DNA of 64,000 nt from a virus (taxonomy: Duplodnaviria; Caudoviricetes), in IMG/VR virus record IMGVR_UViG_2703719286_000002, positions 3,723 to 67,722 of that record; one strand, 5' to 3'. The notes under the pieces are model-generated. The model did not search any database. It worked only from the letters and a program-made list of their open reading frames with translations, and was not told the DNA's origin. This document shows positions 35,333-43,777 of the stretch, piece after piece. The first letter of the stretch is position 1; each line of letters starts with the position of its first letter. The translations under genes and the position numbers were made by a program.

Positions 35333-36337
35333 CTAGTCCACGCAGTCCTCGAAGAAGGCGCCCGCGTAGGGCTCCGTCGCCTTCTGGGCGATGTAGCTGT
35401 GCGCCTCGATCCAGTCCTTCTTCGGGCGCTCCTCGCGGCCCTTGCGGATGAACTGGACCCCGCCGCCCGTCATCGGCCTCCAGAAGAAGGTGTAGCCGGC
35501 GCTCGGCTCCAGCAGGCTCGGCCTCGGGGGCACGTAGAGCAGCAGCGCGTCGTCGTCGACCACGCGCGACAGCGTCATCGTCGCGGCGCCCTCGTCCGTG
35601 CTGCGGTAGATGGCCCGGCTCACCACTACCTCGTCGAGCTCCAGGATCTGCGCCAGGAGCTGGAGGCTGATGAGGGCCGGGTTGCTGGCCGCCGCCCCGT
35701 ACTTGATCCGGTCGATGAAGTCGGGGTGGTGCTTCAGCCGCCGCCACCCGATGGCGCCCAGGATCAGTTTGTTCGGCTGGCGCCCGCAGGCCAGCTCGAC
35801 GGTGTCGCGCTCGATCTCGATGTCCCCGATCGGATCGCTCGCGCCGTAGTCGCTCCATTTCGCGCCGCCGTGGCTCCCGTCCGTCACGTCGACGTCGGTG
35901 CCGCCCGTGCCGCCGGTCCACACGCTGGTGGCCATGAACGCGGCCGCGAACATGCGCTCGCGCCGGATCATCTGGATCTGCGTCACCAGGGCCATGGCGT
36001 CCTGGTCGAGGTTGAACACCGCGTCCGCGTTGCCCCGCAGCTCGTCCGGGATGTCCATGCCGATCGCCTGGTTGACGCAGTAGAAGGAGTTGTCGGCGTC
36101 CACGTCATAGCCCGTGGTGGCGGCCACCGTGCCGGGGGCGCGCACCATCAGCGCGCCGGGGTCGGCGAAGAAGTCGCCGCGCTGGTACTTCACGAACTTG
36201 TCGCTCTGCTTGTCCACCGGGACGAGGGGGAACACCCCGTCGGCGATGAAGTTGGTTAGCTTGTTCATGTGGGCGATGCTGAGCATGGTCAGCAAGGCGT
36301 CGACATGCACATCGCCCACGTCTGGCTGGTTCGCCAT
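35333..36337 (-). CDS. Major capsid protein (capsid-E-like HK97 fold)
   Basis: 334 aa after protease and cement genes; VHVDALLT..S.AH.N...FIAD.VFP.VPVDKQS, PNKLILG motifs. Confidence 0.85.
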   Translation of the reverse strand: MANQPDVGDVHVDALLTMLSIAHMNKLTNFIADGVFPLVPVDKQSDKFVKYQRGDFFADPGALMVRAPGTVAATTGYDVDADNSFYCVNQAIGMDIPDELRGNADAVFNLDQDAMALVTQIQMIRRERMFAAAFMATSVWTGGTGGTDVDVTDGSHGGAKWSDYGASDPIGDIEIERDTVELACGRQPNKLILGAIGWRRLKHHPDFIDRIKYGAAASNPALISLQLLAQILELDEVVVSRAIYRSTDEGAATMTLSRVVDDDALLLYVPPRPSLLEPSAGYTFFWRPMTGGGVQFIRKGREERPKKDWIEAHSYIAQKATEPYAGAFFEDCVD

Positions 36338-36397
36338 CCGCTGTTGCCTCTCTGTCTATCCCCGTCCGTGGCTTCACCAGCCCTCCATGACCGTTAA

Positions 36398-36790
36398 CTA
36401 TGCCTTGACGATCCAGGCCGGCTGCACCAGCAGCGTGAAGTTGGCGGCCGAACCGGAAGCGGCGTCCAGGGCCACGCCGACGGCCCAGGCCGTGCCCGAC
36501 GTGATCGGCGTGCCACGGCCCCCGGTGGTCGGCTGGATGAGCTCGCCCTCGTCCACGGCCGCGCCCGCCTCCATCTTCACGACGGAGCCGACGATGGCGA
36601 TCTCCGCTGCCCGTGCGGTGCCCGATGGCTTGTTCAGCAGGATGCCGATCGGTACGGTCGTTAGGACCGTACCGCTGCCCAGGACCGTCGCCTCGCCGTC
36701 GCTGGCGCAGTAGACGGCCCGGAACTGGCTGCTGCTCAGGTCGCCGCTGGCCGGGATCGTGATGCTGTTGATCTTCTTGTCAACGGTCAA
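36398..36790 (-). CDS. Capsid cement/decoration protein (DUF2190-like)
   Basis: PIGILLNKP...AEIAIVG.VVKMEAGAAVDEGELI...GRG pattern. Confidence 0.7.
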   Translation of the reverse strand: MTVDKKINSITIPASGDLSSSQFRAVYCASDGEATVLGSGTVLTTVPIGILLNKPSGTARAAEIAIVGSVVKMEAGAAVDEGELIQPTTGGRGTPITSGTAWAVGVALDAASGSAANFTLLVQPAWIVKA

Positions 36791-36837
36791 TTCCTGTTCC
36801 TCCTCCGCGCCGGCTTACCCGGGCGGTCGCACCCCGC

Positions 36838-38586
36838 CTAGTTGGGGAGGGGTGTCCTGCGGCCGGTGTGTTCCCGGTCGCGCTTGTCCCACAGCACGGG
36901 GTTCTGGGCGGCCACCTGGCTGATGGCCTCCGCCTTTTCGAGATCCGGCTGCTCGGCCATCCTCTTCTCGGCGAGCTTCCTGATCTCCTCGTCCGCCGTC
37001 TCGGGCGCGCCGTCGCCGCCACCCACGCCGGCCTCCTTGAAGAGCCCGGCCTCGTGGGCCTGCTTGGCGTGCGAGCGGGCGATGTAGACGTAGCGCGTGA
37101 ACTCCTCCGAGCCCTCGCCCTTGGCCTCGGCGATTGTCTCGAGGAGCTGGACGTGGACCTGGATGGCCCCGATCATCGGCCTGGCGCCGTCGCTCGCGTC
37201 GTCGCGCCCCAGCACGATGTCGGTGAAGCGCCGGTGCCTCGCGCCGTCCTCAAGGCTCTTGACGCGGTTCTCGGCGGCCTCGTGGGCCAGGTTGGCCAGG
37301 TCGGTCGCCTGCTTGTGTCCCGCGACCTCCGCCTTGAGCTCGCCGGTGGCCGCCTCCACGGCCTTCTTGCTCTCGTCTGCAACCAGCTCCCGAAGCTGGT
37401 CCTCTGTCATCTGGTTGGGCAAGATGCCACCCTCCTTCTTTCTGTCGGTCGGGGCGACGTGGCCCCGCCTCAACTCGATCCACCTGTCTGCCTTCCCTTC
37501 CTCCGCCAGCGTCACCTCCCACATGCCGCCCTCCCTGGCGACCAGCGGCTTCAGCGCGTCGTCCTTAAAGAAGGGGCGCGTAGTGAGGGCGCCCCCTATC
37601 AGGACGTTCTTGAAGGTCTCGTGTGACGCCGGGTCTTCCCATTCGTCGTACCACTCCGGGGAGAAGTAGCGGAACCGCTCAGCCTCGAGCAGCTCCTCGC
37701 CGCGGTCGGTCCAACTGACCTTCGCCCAGAGGCCACCCTCGCCGCCCGGCCCGCCGATCACTACTTCCTCGTAGTAGCCCAGCGCGCCCGACAGCTTGCT
37801 CTCGTGCTCGGCGTCGACCGGGATGTGCTCCTGATAGACACCGCGCTCGAAGTTGCGGGCGAAGTCCTCGAGCACTTCGTCCGTGATCTTGATCTCGCCG
37901 TAGCTCGGGTGGTCCCAGGAGCCGGGTGCCGGGATGACCTGAATCCACTCCGGCACCTCCCCAGCCTGCAGCGGCATGTCGTTGAGGAACCGGAACTCCC
38001 CGGTCCTCCCGATAAGGGCCACGAGATCACCTCCTCCGTCTGCGATGAATTGCGCCGCGGCCCTCTTGGCCTTCTCACGGGCAGCCGTCTCGCCCTCCTC
38101 GTCACTGTCCTCCGTGCCGATCTTGACCCACTGCTCCACCGGGTAGTGCCAGCCCGCCTCCCGCACGGCGTTCCAGCCCGCCTCCACCGCTTGCCAGTGG
38201 TCGACTCCGGGAACCGTCGCCGCCACCTTGTAGGCCTCGAGGAAGATGGCCTGCGCCTCGGGCGGGAGCCCGGCCCTGATATCGATGTCCATGTCGTCCA
38301 CCGTCTCCCAGTCCTTCGGGCACGGCGGCCGATACGGCTCCACCTCGCAGAGCGCGGCCAGCTTCTCCTCGGCCATCTCGCCCTCGATGGCCTTCCGCCA
38401 CTTGCCGTCCTTTTGCTTGCGGAAGCCGGCGATCTTCACGGCCGTCCACGCCACCCTGAAGGCCTTCTCGTCGGTGGCCCCGCTGTCCAGGGCCTTGTTG
38501 GCGACCCTCAGGAAGATGCGCTGCGCCGGCGCCGGGAGCGCCTCACGCACATCGTCCGGTAGCTCTTCGATGTTCTTGTAGGGCAA
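36838..38586 (-). CDS. ChaB-ChaB-Mu gpI-like prohead protease/scaffold fusion
   Basis: Two ChaB-like repeats (LP..AQ.IF....N/K...A...AW.AV); IPVDAEH, GLWAKVSWTDRG and FRYFSPEW protease motifs; coiled-coil scaffold tail. Confidence 0.8.
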   Translation of the reverse strand: MPYKNIEELPDDVREALPAPAQRIFLRVANKALDSGATDEKAFRVAWTAVKIAGFRKQKDGKWRKAIEGEMAEEKLAALCEVEPYRPPCPKDWETVDDMDIDIRAGLPPEAQAIFLEAYKVAATVPGVDHWQAVEAGWNAVREAGWHYPVEQWVKIGTEDSDEEGETAAREKAKRAAAQFIADGGGDLVALIGRTGEFRFLNDMPLQAGEVPEWIQVIPAPGSWDHPSYGEIKITDEVLEDFARNFERGVYQEHIPVDAEHESKLSGALGYYEEVVIGGPGGEGGLWAKVSWTDRGEELLEAERFRYFSPEWYDEWEDPASHETFKNVLIGGALTTRPFFKDDALKPLVAREGGMWEVTLAEEGKADRWIELRRGHVAPTDRKKEGGILPNQMTEDQLRELVADESKKAVEAATGELKAEVAGHKQATDLANLAHEAAENRVKSLEDGARHRRFTDIVLGRDDASDGARPMIGAIQVHVQLLETIAEAKGEGSEEFTRYVYIARSHAKQAHEAGLFKEAGVGGGDGAPETADEEIRKLAEKRMAEQPDLEKAEAISQVAAQNPVLWDKRDREHTGRRTPLPN

Positions 38587-38610
38587 GGCTCACCTCCCCG
38601 GTCCGGCCAT

Positions 38611-38640
38611 AACGAAAGCGGCCCTCTCGCGGGGGCCGCC
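38611..38640 (-). terminator. Intrinsic terminator-like hairpin before the protease gene
   Basis: Minus strand GCGGCCC-CCGCGAGA-GGGCCGC followed by TTTCGTT. Confidence 0.55.
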
Positions 38641-38727
38641 CTTGCTCTGATGAACGAGCCGCCCGAAGGCGGCCCTGTCACGGTCTACGGTCTATGTTTC
38701 CCCAGTTCCCAGGAAATGCCCAAGCCC

Positions 38728-39522
38728 CTACTCCGCCGCCGCGATGCTGCAGCGGCAGCCGGGGTGCAAGGGCGGCCCGTCCACGCCGCCTGCGAAATAG
38801 CCCTTCAGCTCGACCGTGGCGCCGTCCAGGTCGAGGCAGAGGTCGCAGGCCCCGGACTGGCCGTCGAGCCACTCCTTGCGCTCCACGCCCGCGAGCTTGT
38901 AGACCTGGAGGCTGCCCTGGGTGTAGGCCCGGATCACCTCTGTCTGGGCAATTTGCCGTGCCCGCCAGTCCGCCATGTCATCGGCCACGCCCCGGACGCG
39001 CAGGGCCAGGTCGTCGCGGCCCAGGCCCTCGCGGAGCCCGATGCTCAGGACCTCGCGGATGCGGCCCTTGGTAGTGGCGTTGATGCCCTTCGCCAGCTCC
39101 AGCCCGTAGCCCTGGAGGAACGCCTGCGCCTCCGGGCTGCCGACGTTCCACATGATGCCCAGCTCGGGGTCGAGGAACTCGGCGAGCTCTCGCCCCTCGG
39201 CCGCCTCGCGCTTCCCCACCTCCTGCATCGCCGCCCGGGCCCCCATCGCCAGCGCCACGGCCAGGGCCGGCCTCACCTTGTCGGCGAAGTCCTTCGCCGC
39301 CTCCTCGAGGGCCTTGTCGACATCCTCCGCCACGCCCGCCGGCACCTGGTCGGCGGGGAGCAGGGCCGGCCATATCCCCATGACCCACGCCCGCTGCTTC
39401 CTGAAGAAGGCGGCCACGCGCTCCTCGAGCGCCTTCTCCGCCCGCCGCATCTGGCGCAGGGTGTAGGGGCTGCGCTCGATGTTGGGGTGCCAGGCCTCGG
39501 CAGCGACAGCGGGAACGCTCAC
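38728..39522 (-). CDS. Head morphogenesis protein (Mu gpF/SPP1 gp7-like)
   Basis: RARQIAQTEVIRAY; KEWL...CDLC..LDG; PPLHPGCRC. Confidence 0.9.
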   Translation of the reverse strand: MSVPAVAAEAWHPNIERSPYTLRQMRRAEKALEERVAAFFRKQRAWVMGIWPALLPADQVPAGVAEDVDKALEEAAKDFADKVRPALAVALAMGARAAMQEVGKREAAEGRELAEFLDPELGIMWNVGSPEAQAFLQGYGLELAKGINATTKGRIREVLSIGLREGLGRDDLALRVRGVADDMADWRARQIAQTEVIRAYTQGSLQVYKLAGVERKEWLDGQSGACDLCLDLDGATVELKGYFAGGVDGPPLHPGCRCSIAAAE

Positions 39523-39854
39523 GCTGGGACGGCCTCCCTTCGATGCACAGCCTCGATCCACCAGCCGCGCACGTCAGTAACCCACACATCTTGCGGTGTC
39601 GGGCGCTCATACCAGATGCGGTCCTCGGTGATGCTCACGGCCCCTTCCGGCTGTCCCTCTTGCGTTAGGTCGATGCAATGCTCGGGATTCTCGCCATGCT
39701 GCGCTCGGACAACCCAGTGATCCTCGATAAAGAGGTGCAACTCCTCACCGCAGCCGCACGGGAATGTTAGAGAGGCTGCCCGACCAGCTACATAGGCCGC
39801 CCCGCCTTCAGACGGGAACGATAGACACTCGCGCGAATCTGGGTTCCCGTTCAC
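39519..39854 (-). CDS. Hypothetical protein (start uncertain)
   Basis: GTGA overlap with the gpF gene; FPCGC motif. Confidence 0.4.
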   Translation of the reverse strand: MNGNPDSRECLSFPSEGGAAYVAGRAASLTFPCGCGEELHLFIEDHWVVRAQHGENPEHCIDLTQEGQPEGAVSITEDRIWYERPTPQDVWVTDVRGWWIEAVHRREAVPA

Positions 39855-39885
39855 ATCGACCTCGCTTCCTCGGCGGCGACGGTCA

Positions 39886-40698
39886 TCAGTTCGCCATCTG
39901 ACAGAACTGCACCCGTATCCGGTCCCCAGCCATCCGCTTCTGGCACTCAGCGAGCAGCCGCTCGGGGCTGTAGCCATGGGCGGCCAGCTTAGGATTCGCG
40001 TGGAACTCGCCAGCCAGGTAGTCGACCCTGTCCAACAAGGCCATGCCTCTCGTCAGGACCTCGTGCTCCGCCCCCTCACAGTCGATCTTCAGCAGGCGCA
40101 CCCTCCCCGTACCCGCTATGTCGAAGACATCGGCAAGGGTAACGGCCTTCACCGTCGTCCCGCCGTTCAGATCCTCAATCCATCCCGACGGGCCGCCACT
40201 GTTCCCCTTTGAGACGGCGAGCACCACGCTGGTCGCCCCGCCCGCCAACGCGAAATCATACGGGGTCACATTCGTGATGCCGTTGGCCTTCAGGTTCCGT
40301 ACCAGGTGCCGATAGTTCGTTGGTTGCGGCTCGAAGGCGAAGATGCGGGTTCGAGGGTGGCGCTTCGCCAGGAATATGCTCACTACACCGACATGGGCGC
40401 CGATGTCGAGGATTGTGTCGTCAGGGCGTAGATCGGCGAAGCCGTCGCCATAGGTTCGGAGGCATTCGCGGAGTACGATCTTGGCAACGCCGCCATTGGG
40501 GTCGTCCTCGATATCGAGCAGTTCGCCATCCAGGTACAGGCCGGGGCCTTCCTTGACCGCCCACGTTTGCTGAGCTTCGGCACGGCAGTCTCTCTCAAGG
40601 CAGAAGATATGAGGGACTCCGTCTACATATAGGGCCGTCGGCGACCAACGGTGCTGACCCTCATCCGTACATCTCCGACCGTCTCGCTGCTCGGTCAT
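39886..40698 (-). CDS. FkbM-family methyltransferase
   Basis: LDIGAHVG, FAFEPQPTNY, LLKIDCEGAE. Confidence 0.9.
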   Translation of the reverse strand: MTEQRDGRRCTDEGQHRWSPTALYVDGVPHIFCLERDCRAEAQQTWAVKEGPGLYLDGELLDIEDDPNGGVAKIVLRECLRTYGDGFADLRPDDTILDIGAHVGVVSIFLAKRHPRTRIFAFEPQPTNYRHLVRNLKANGITNVTPYDFALAGGATSVVLAVSKGNSGGPSGWIEDLNGGTTVKAVTLADVFDIAGTGRVRLLKIDCEGAEHEVLTRGMALLDRVDYLAGEFHANPKLAAHGYSPERLLAECQKRMAGDRIRVQFCQMAN

Positions 40699-40717
40699 CT
40701 CGCCTCCTTGCCCGTCC

Positions 40718-42364
40718 TCATCCGCACACCCTCGCGTCTGGGAACAGTATACCGAATCCCTCGCAGGCCAGGTCCCGCAGCCGGTCCAGGTCCGGGCACC
40801 CCGGCTCCGGCGTCACCGTCGGCGTGGGCGTCGGCCTGGGCCCGTCCGGGCACTCGACCGTGAACGGCGCCCGCGGAGACCAGCGATAGCCGGAGACGTA
40901 AGCGCCGACGACCACCTGCCGCGCCTGGCCGGCCGCCCCACGGTCCCAGAGGAACCGCGTCCCGTCCACCGCCACTGAGCCGCGCCACAAAGCCTGTTCG
41001 CCCGCCTCGTCCGTGATGAAGACGCCGAACCACGATTCGTTCGGCGAGTTGTCGCGCCAGGAGACGATGACGTTGACCTCGTCGGCGGGGCACTCCGTTC
41101 TCACGCTCACATCGGACGGCGGGCCGCCTACTTCGGGCGTTGGCGTCGGCGTAGGCTGCGGGGAGCCGTCGCAGGGAACAGCCAGGGCCAGGGGCTCGGC
41201 GAAGTCGTCTCTGTCGCCCCTGAAGCCGCAAGGCCCGTCCTGCGCACCAGCCCTAGCCTTCAACCCGGCCTGTACCGCCCTGACGCCCGCACCGTCCACT
41301 GGCTTGCCGTGCTCCTCGATATAGAGCGCCGCTAGGCCGGCGACGTGGGGTGACGCCATGCTCGTACCGCTCTTGACCGCGAACGCCCCGCCCAGGAATG
41401 TCGAGCGGATATCTACGCCCGGAGCCGCCAGGTCAATGTCCTCGCCCCAGTTGCTGAAGCCCGCCAGTGTATCGTCCGGGCCGTAGCGCTCCGTGGGCGG
41501 GCCCCTGCCGCCCGGCTCGCCGTCACTGTCGGCCAGCGCGGACACGGTGAGCACCTCGGCGTAGGTGGCGGGTACGGTGTTGTCGGCGTCCCTGTTGCTG
41601 TTGCCCGCCGCCACGACCACGACGATCCCGGCGTCGACGACGTTGCAGATGGCGCGGTGCATCGCGCCCGCTGTCGCGCAGGTCGTGCGGTCGATCACCG
41701 ATGCTCCCAGGCTCATGTTGACGACATCGATGCGATCCCGGTTGACGATGGCCCAGTCGAGGCCGGCGATGATCCAGCTCAGGTTGCCCGAGCCGCTGTC
41801 GCTCAGCACCTTGATGGCCACCAGGTCGGCGCGGGGCGCGACGCCCACGACGCCGCCGCCGTCGTCCCGCGCGGCGATGATGCCGGCGACGTGCGTGCCG
41901 TGGCCGTAGCCGTCGTTCCAGCTTCCCTTGCCCGTGAAGTCGCGGCTGAGGGCGGCGAGTATGTCGAGGTCGCTATGCTGCGCGATGCCGGTGTCGAGAA
42001 CGGCGACGGTGACGCCTTCGCCCCGGCCGGTGCCCCAGTGTCGCTCGGCCTCGACGCGGTCCACGCCCGTGGGCAGCGTGTCGAAGGCCTCGAACTCGAT
42101 GTCGGGCTCGACGCTCACGCCGGCCTGCGCGGCCAGAGCCTCCGCCTCCGCGTCCGTGAGGTCGGCGGCGAAGCCCGAAACGGCGTGCGAGTACATGAAC
42201 GTCGGCTCCACGTCCGCAGCAAGCGCGGTGAACGCCGGGTCGTCGGTGAGCACGATGTACCCCGCACGCTCCGGCCCGGCCCAGGGCTCCGTGATAACTA
42301 GAGTTCCCCCCAGGACTCCAGCCAGCACCAGCGGCAATGCCAGAATACGAAGTATCGCTCGCAT
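40718..42364 (-). CDS. Secreted S8 subtilisin-like peptidase with I9-like prodomain
   Basis: Signal peptide; catalytic triad VLDTG, HGTHVAG, GTSMASPHVAG; PTPTP linkers and a beta-sandwich C-terminal domain. Confidence 0.95.
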   Translation of the reverse strand: MRAILRILALPLVLAGVLGGTLVITEPWAGPERAGYIVLTDDPAFTALAADVEPTFMYSHAVSGFAADLTDAEAEALAAQAGVSVEPDIEFEAFDTLPTGVDRVEAERHWGTGRGEGVTVAVLDTGIAQHSDLDILAALSRDFTGKGSWNDGYGHGTHVAGIIAARDDGGGVVGVAPRADLVAIKVLSDSGSGNLSWIIAGLDWAIVNRDRIDVVNMSLGASVIDRTTCATAGAMHRAICNVVDAGIVVVVAAGNSNRDADNTVPATYAEVLTVSALADSDGEPGGRGPPTERYGPDDTLAGFSNWGEDIDLAAPGVDIRSTFLGGAFAVKSGTSMASPHVAGLAALYIEEHGKPVDGAGVRAVQAGLKARAGAQDGPCGFRGDRDDFAEPLALAVPCDGSPQPTPTPTPEVGGPPSDVSVRTECPADEVNVIVSWRDNSPNESWFGVFITDEAGEQALWRGSVAVDGTRFLWDRGAAGQARQVVVGAYVSGYRWSPRAPFTVECPDGPRPTPTPTVTPEPGCPDLDRLRDLACEGFGILFPDARVCG

Positions 42365-42373
42365 GTGTGTCTC

Positions 42374-43777
42374 CTATCCGGCCCTCGCCATGTACTCGTC
42401 GGCCCACTCGCGGGCGCTCTTCTTGCCCTCGTCGTCGCCCGGCTCCGGCTTCGGCTTGACCTCCTCACCCTCCGGCAGCGGCGGCAGCCCGGCCTTGGAG
42501 CGCAGGAACGCGCTCGCGTCCTCGTCGTACACCGGGATGCCGGCGCTCGAGATCTGCGCGATGAAAGCGCCCAGCGTCTTGAGGTCGACCTCGCCGATGT
42601 CGCTGTGCTCGATGGTGGGAAGCGCCGTGAGCTGGCCGAAGTCGTTGAGGGCCATCAGCTTGGGCACCAGGAAACGGTTGATGGTCTCCTGGATAACGTT
42701 GAGCCAGCCCTTCACCGCCTGATGGAAGAGGTTGCTGTGATCCCGGCTCAGGGCCAGCGAGCCGACGCGCCCGGAGCCCAGGGTGAGGAACTGCGCGAGG
42801 ACGGAGCGGGCGATGGCGATGCTGTTCCGCTGGATGGCCTTGTCTATGTCGACCTTGCCGCTGCCGGGGGAGGCCATCAGCTCCGCGTCCCACTGCTCAT
42901 GCGGCTCGGGACCCATGCGCTTCAGCAGTAGACCCGCCTGGTCGTCCTGCTTGTAGGTCTCCAGAATGCCTTCGGCCTTCTCGAGATCGGCCTCTGAGGC
43001 AACGGCCGGTGCGTGGAGCACCAGCGTCCCCGTCAGGTCGCGCTCGGCGCCGATAACCTCGATCTCCTCGAGGTTGCGGCGGATGAAGTAGGGCCGGTAG
43101 GCGTTGCGGATGATGCTCCAGCCCTCGGGGTTGTTCTTCTCGCGTTTCGGCCTGAAGAGGACGGCCTTCTCGATGGGGATGAAGCGCTCCTGGGTCTCGA
43201 AGGCTACGCGCTGCACCATGCCCTGGAGCCCGCCGGTCTCGTCGAAGTCCCACCGGAACAGCGTGTCTTGCCCGCGCAGGACGATCTTCCGCCAGCCGAT
43301 GCGCCCGTCCTCATACTCCGAACGCGGGTCGGCGCCCCGGCCGAGGCGCTGCTTGTAGACGATCTCGAAGTAGGCCCAGCCGAAGGGGAACATGCTCAGG
43401 ACCTCGTCGATGAAGTCCCGCCACGAGTGGCTCATGTCGGCCATGCAGGATTCGAGGAAGCCCGCCGCCTCCTCGTCCTGCGGGGTCTCGCCGCCGGGGA
43501 CGACCGCCCACTCCGCCGAGTGGATGATCATGCCGATGGCGGTGAGGATGGCGCCGACGTCGGGGTCGATGCGGCGCATCTCGTCGTAGACCTTGACGCC
43601 CTTCGCGCCCCGCAGTTGGGGGTCGAATTCCTCCTGGACCTGGCCCCCGAAGCGCCGGAGGCCGGAGGTGCCGACCTCGATCTGGCGCTCGCTCTTCGTG
43701 AGCTCGGCACCCTCCATCGGATCCTTCGCGTAGGCGCCGGCGCCGATGGGGGCCGGGGTGTCCTTCTTATCTGCCAT
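42374..43777 (-). CDS. Portal protein (Mu gp29/DUF935-like)
   Basis: Follows TerL; FGWAYFEIVY, NPEGWSIIRNAYRPY, ETINRFLVPKL. Confidence 0.85.
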   Translation of the reverse strand: MADKKDTPAPIGAGAYAKDPMEGAELTKSERQIEVGTSGLRRFGGQVQEEFDPQLRGAKGVKVYDEMRRIDPDVGAILTAIGMIIHSAEWAVVPGGETPQDEEAAGFLESCMADMSHSWRDFIDEVLSMFPFGWAYFEIVYKQRLGRGADPRSEYEDGRIGWRKIVLRGQDTLFRWDFDETGGLQGMVQRVAFETQERFIPIEKAVLFRPKREKNNPEGWSIIRNAYRPYFIRRNLEEIEVIGAERDLTGTLVLHAPAVASEADLEKAEGILETYKQDDQAGLLLKRMGPEPHEQWDAELMASPGSGKVDIDKAIQRNSIAIARSVLAQFLTLGSGRVGSLALSRDHSNLFHQAVKGWLNVIQETINRFLVPKLMALNDFGQLTALPTIEHSDIGEVDLKTLGAFIAQISSAGIPVYDEDASAFLRSKAGLPPLPEGEEVKPKPEPGDDEGKKSAREWADEYMARAG

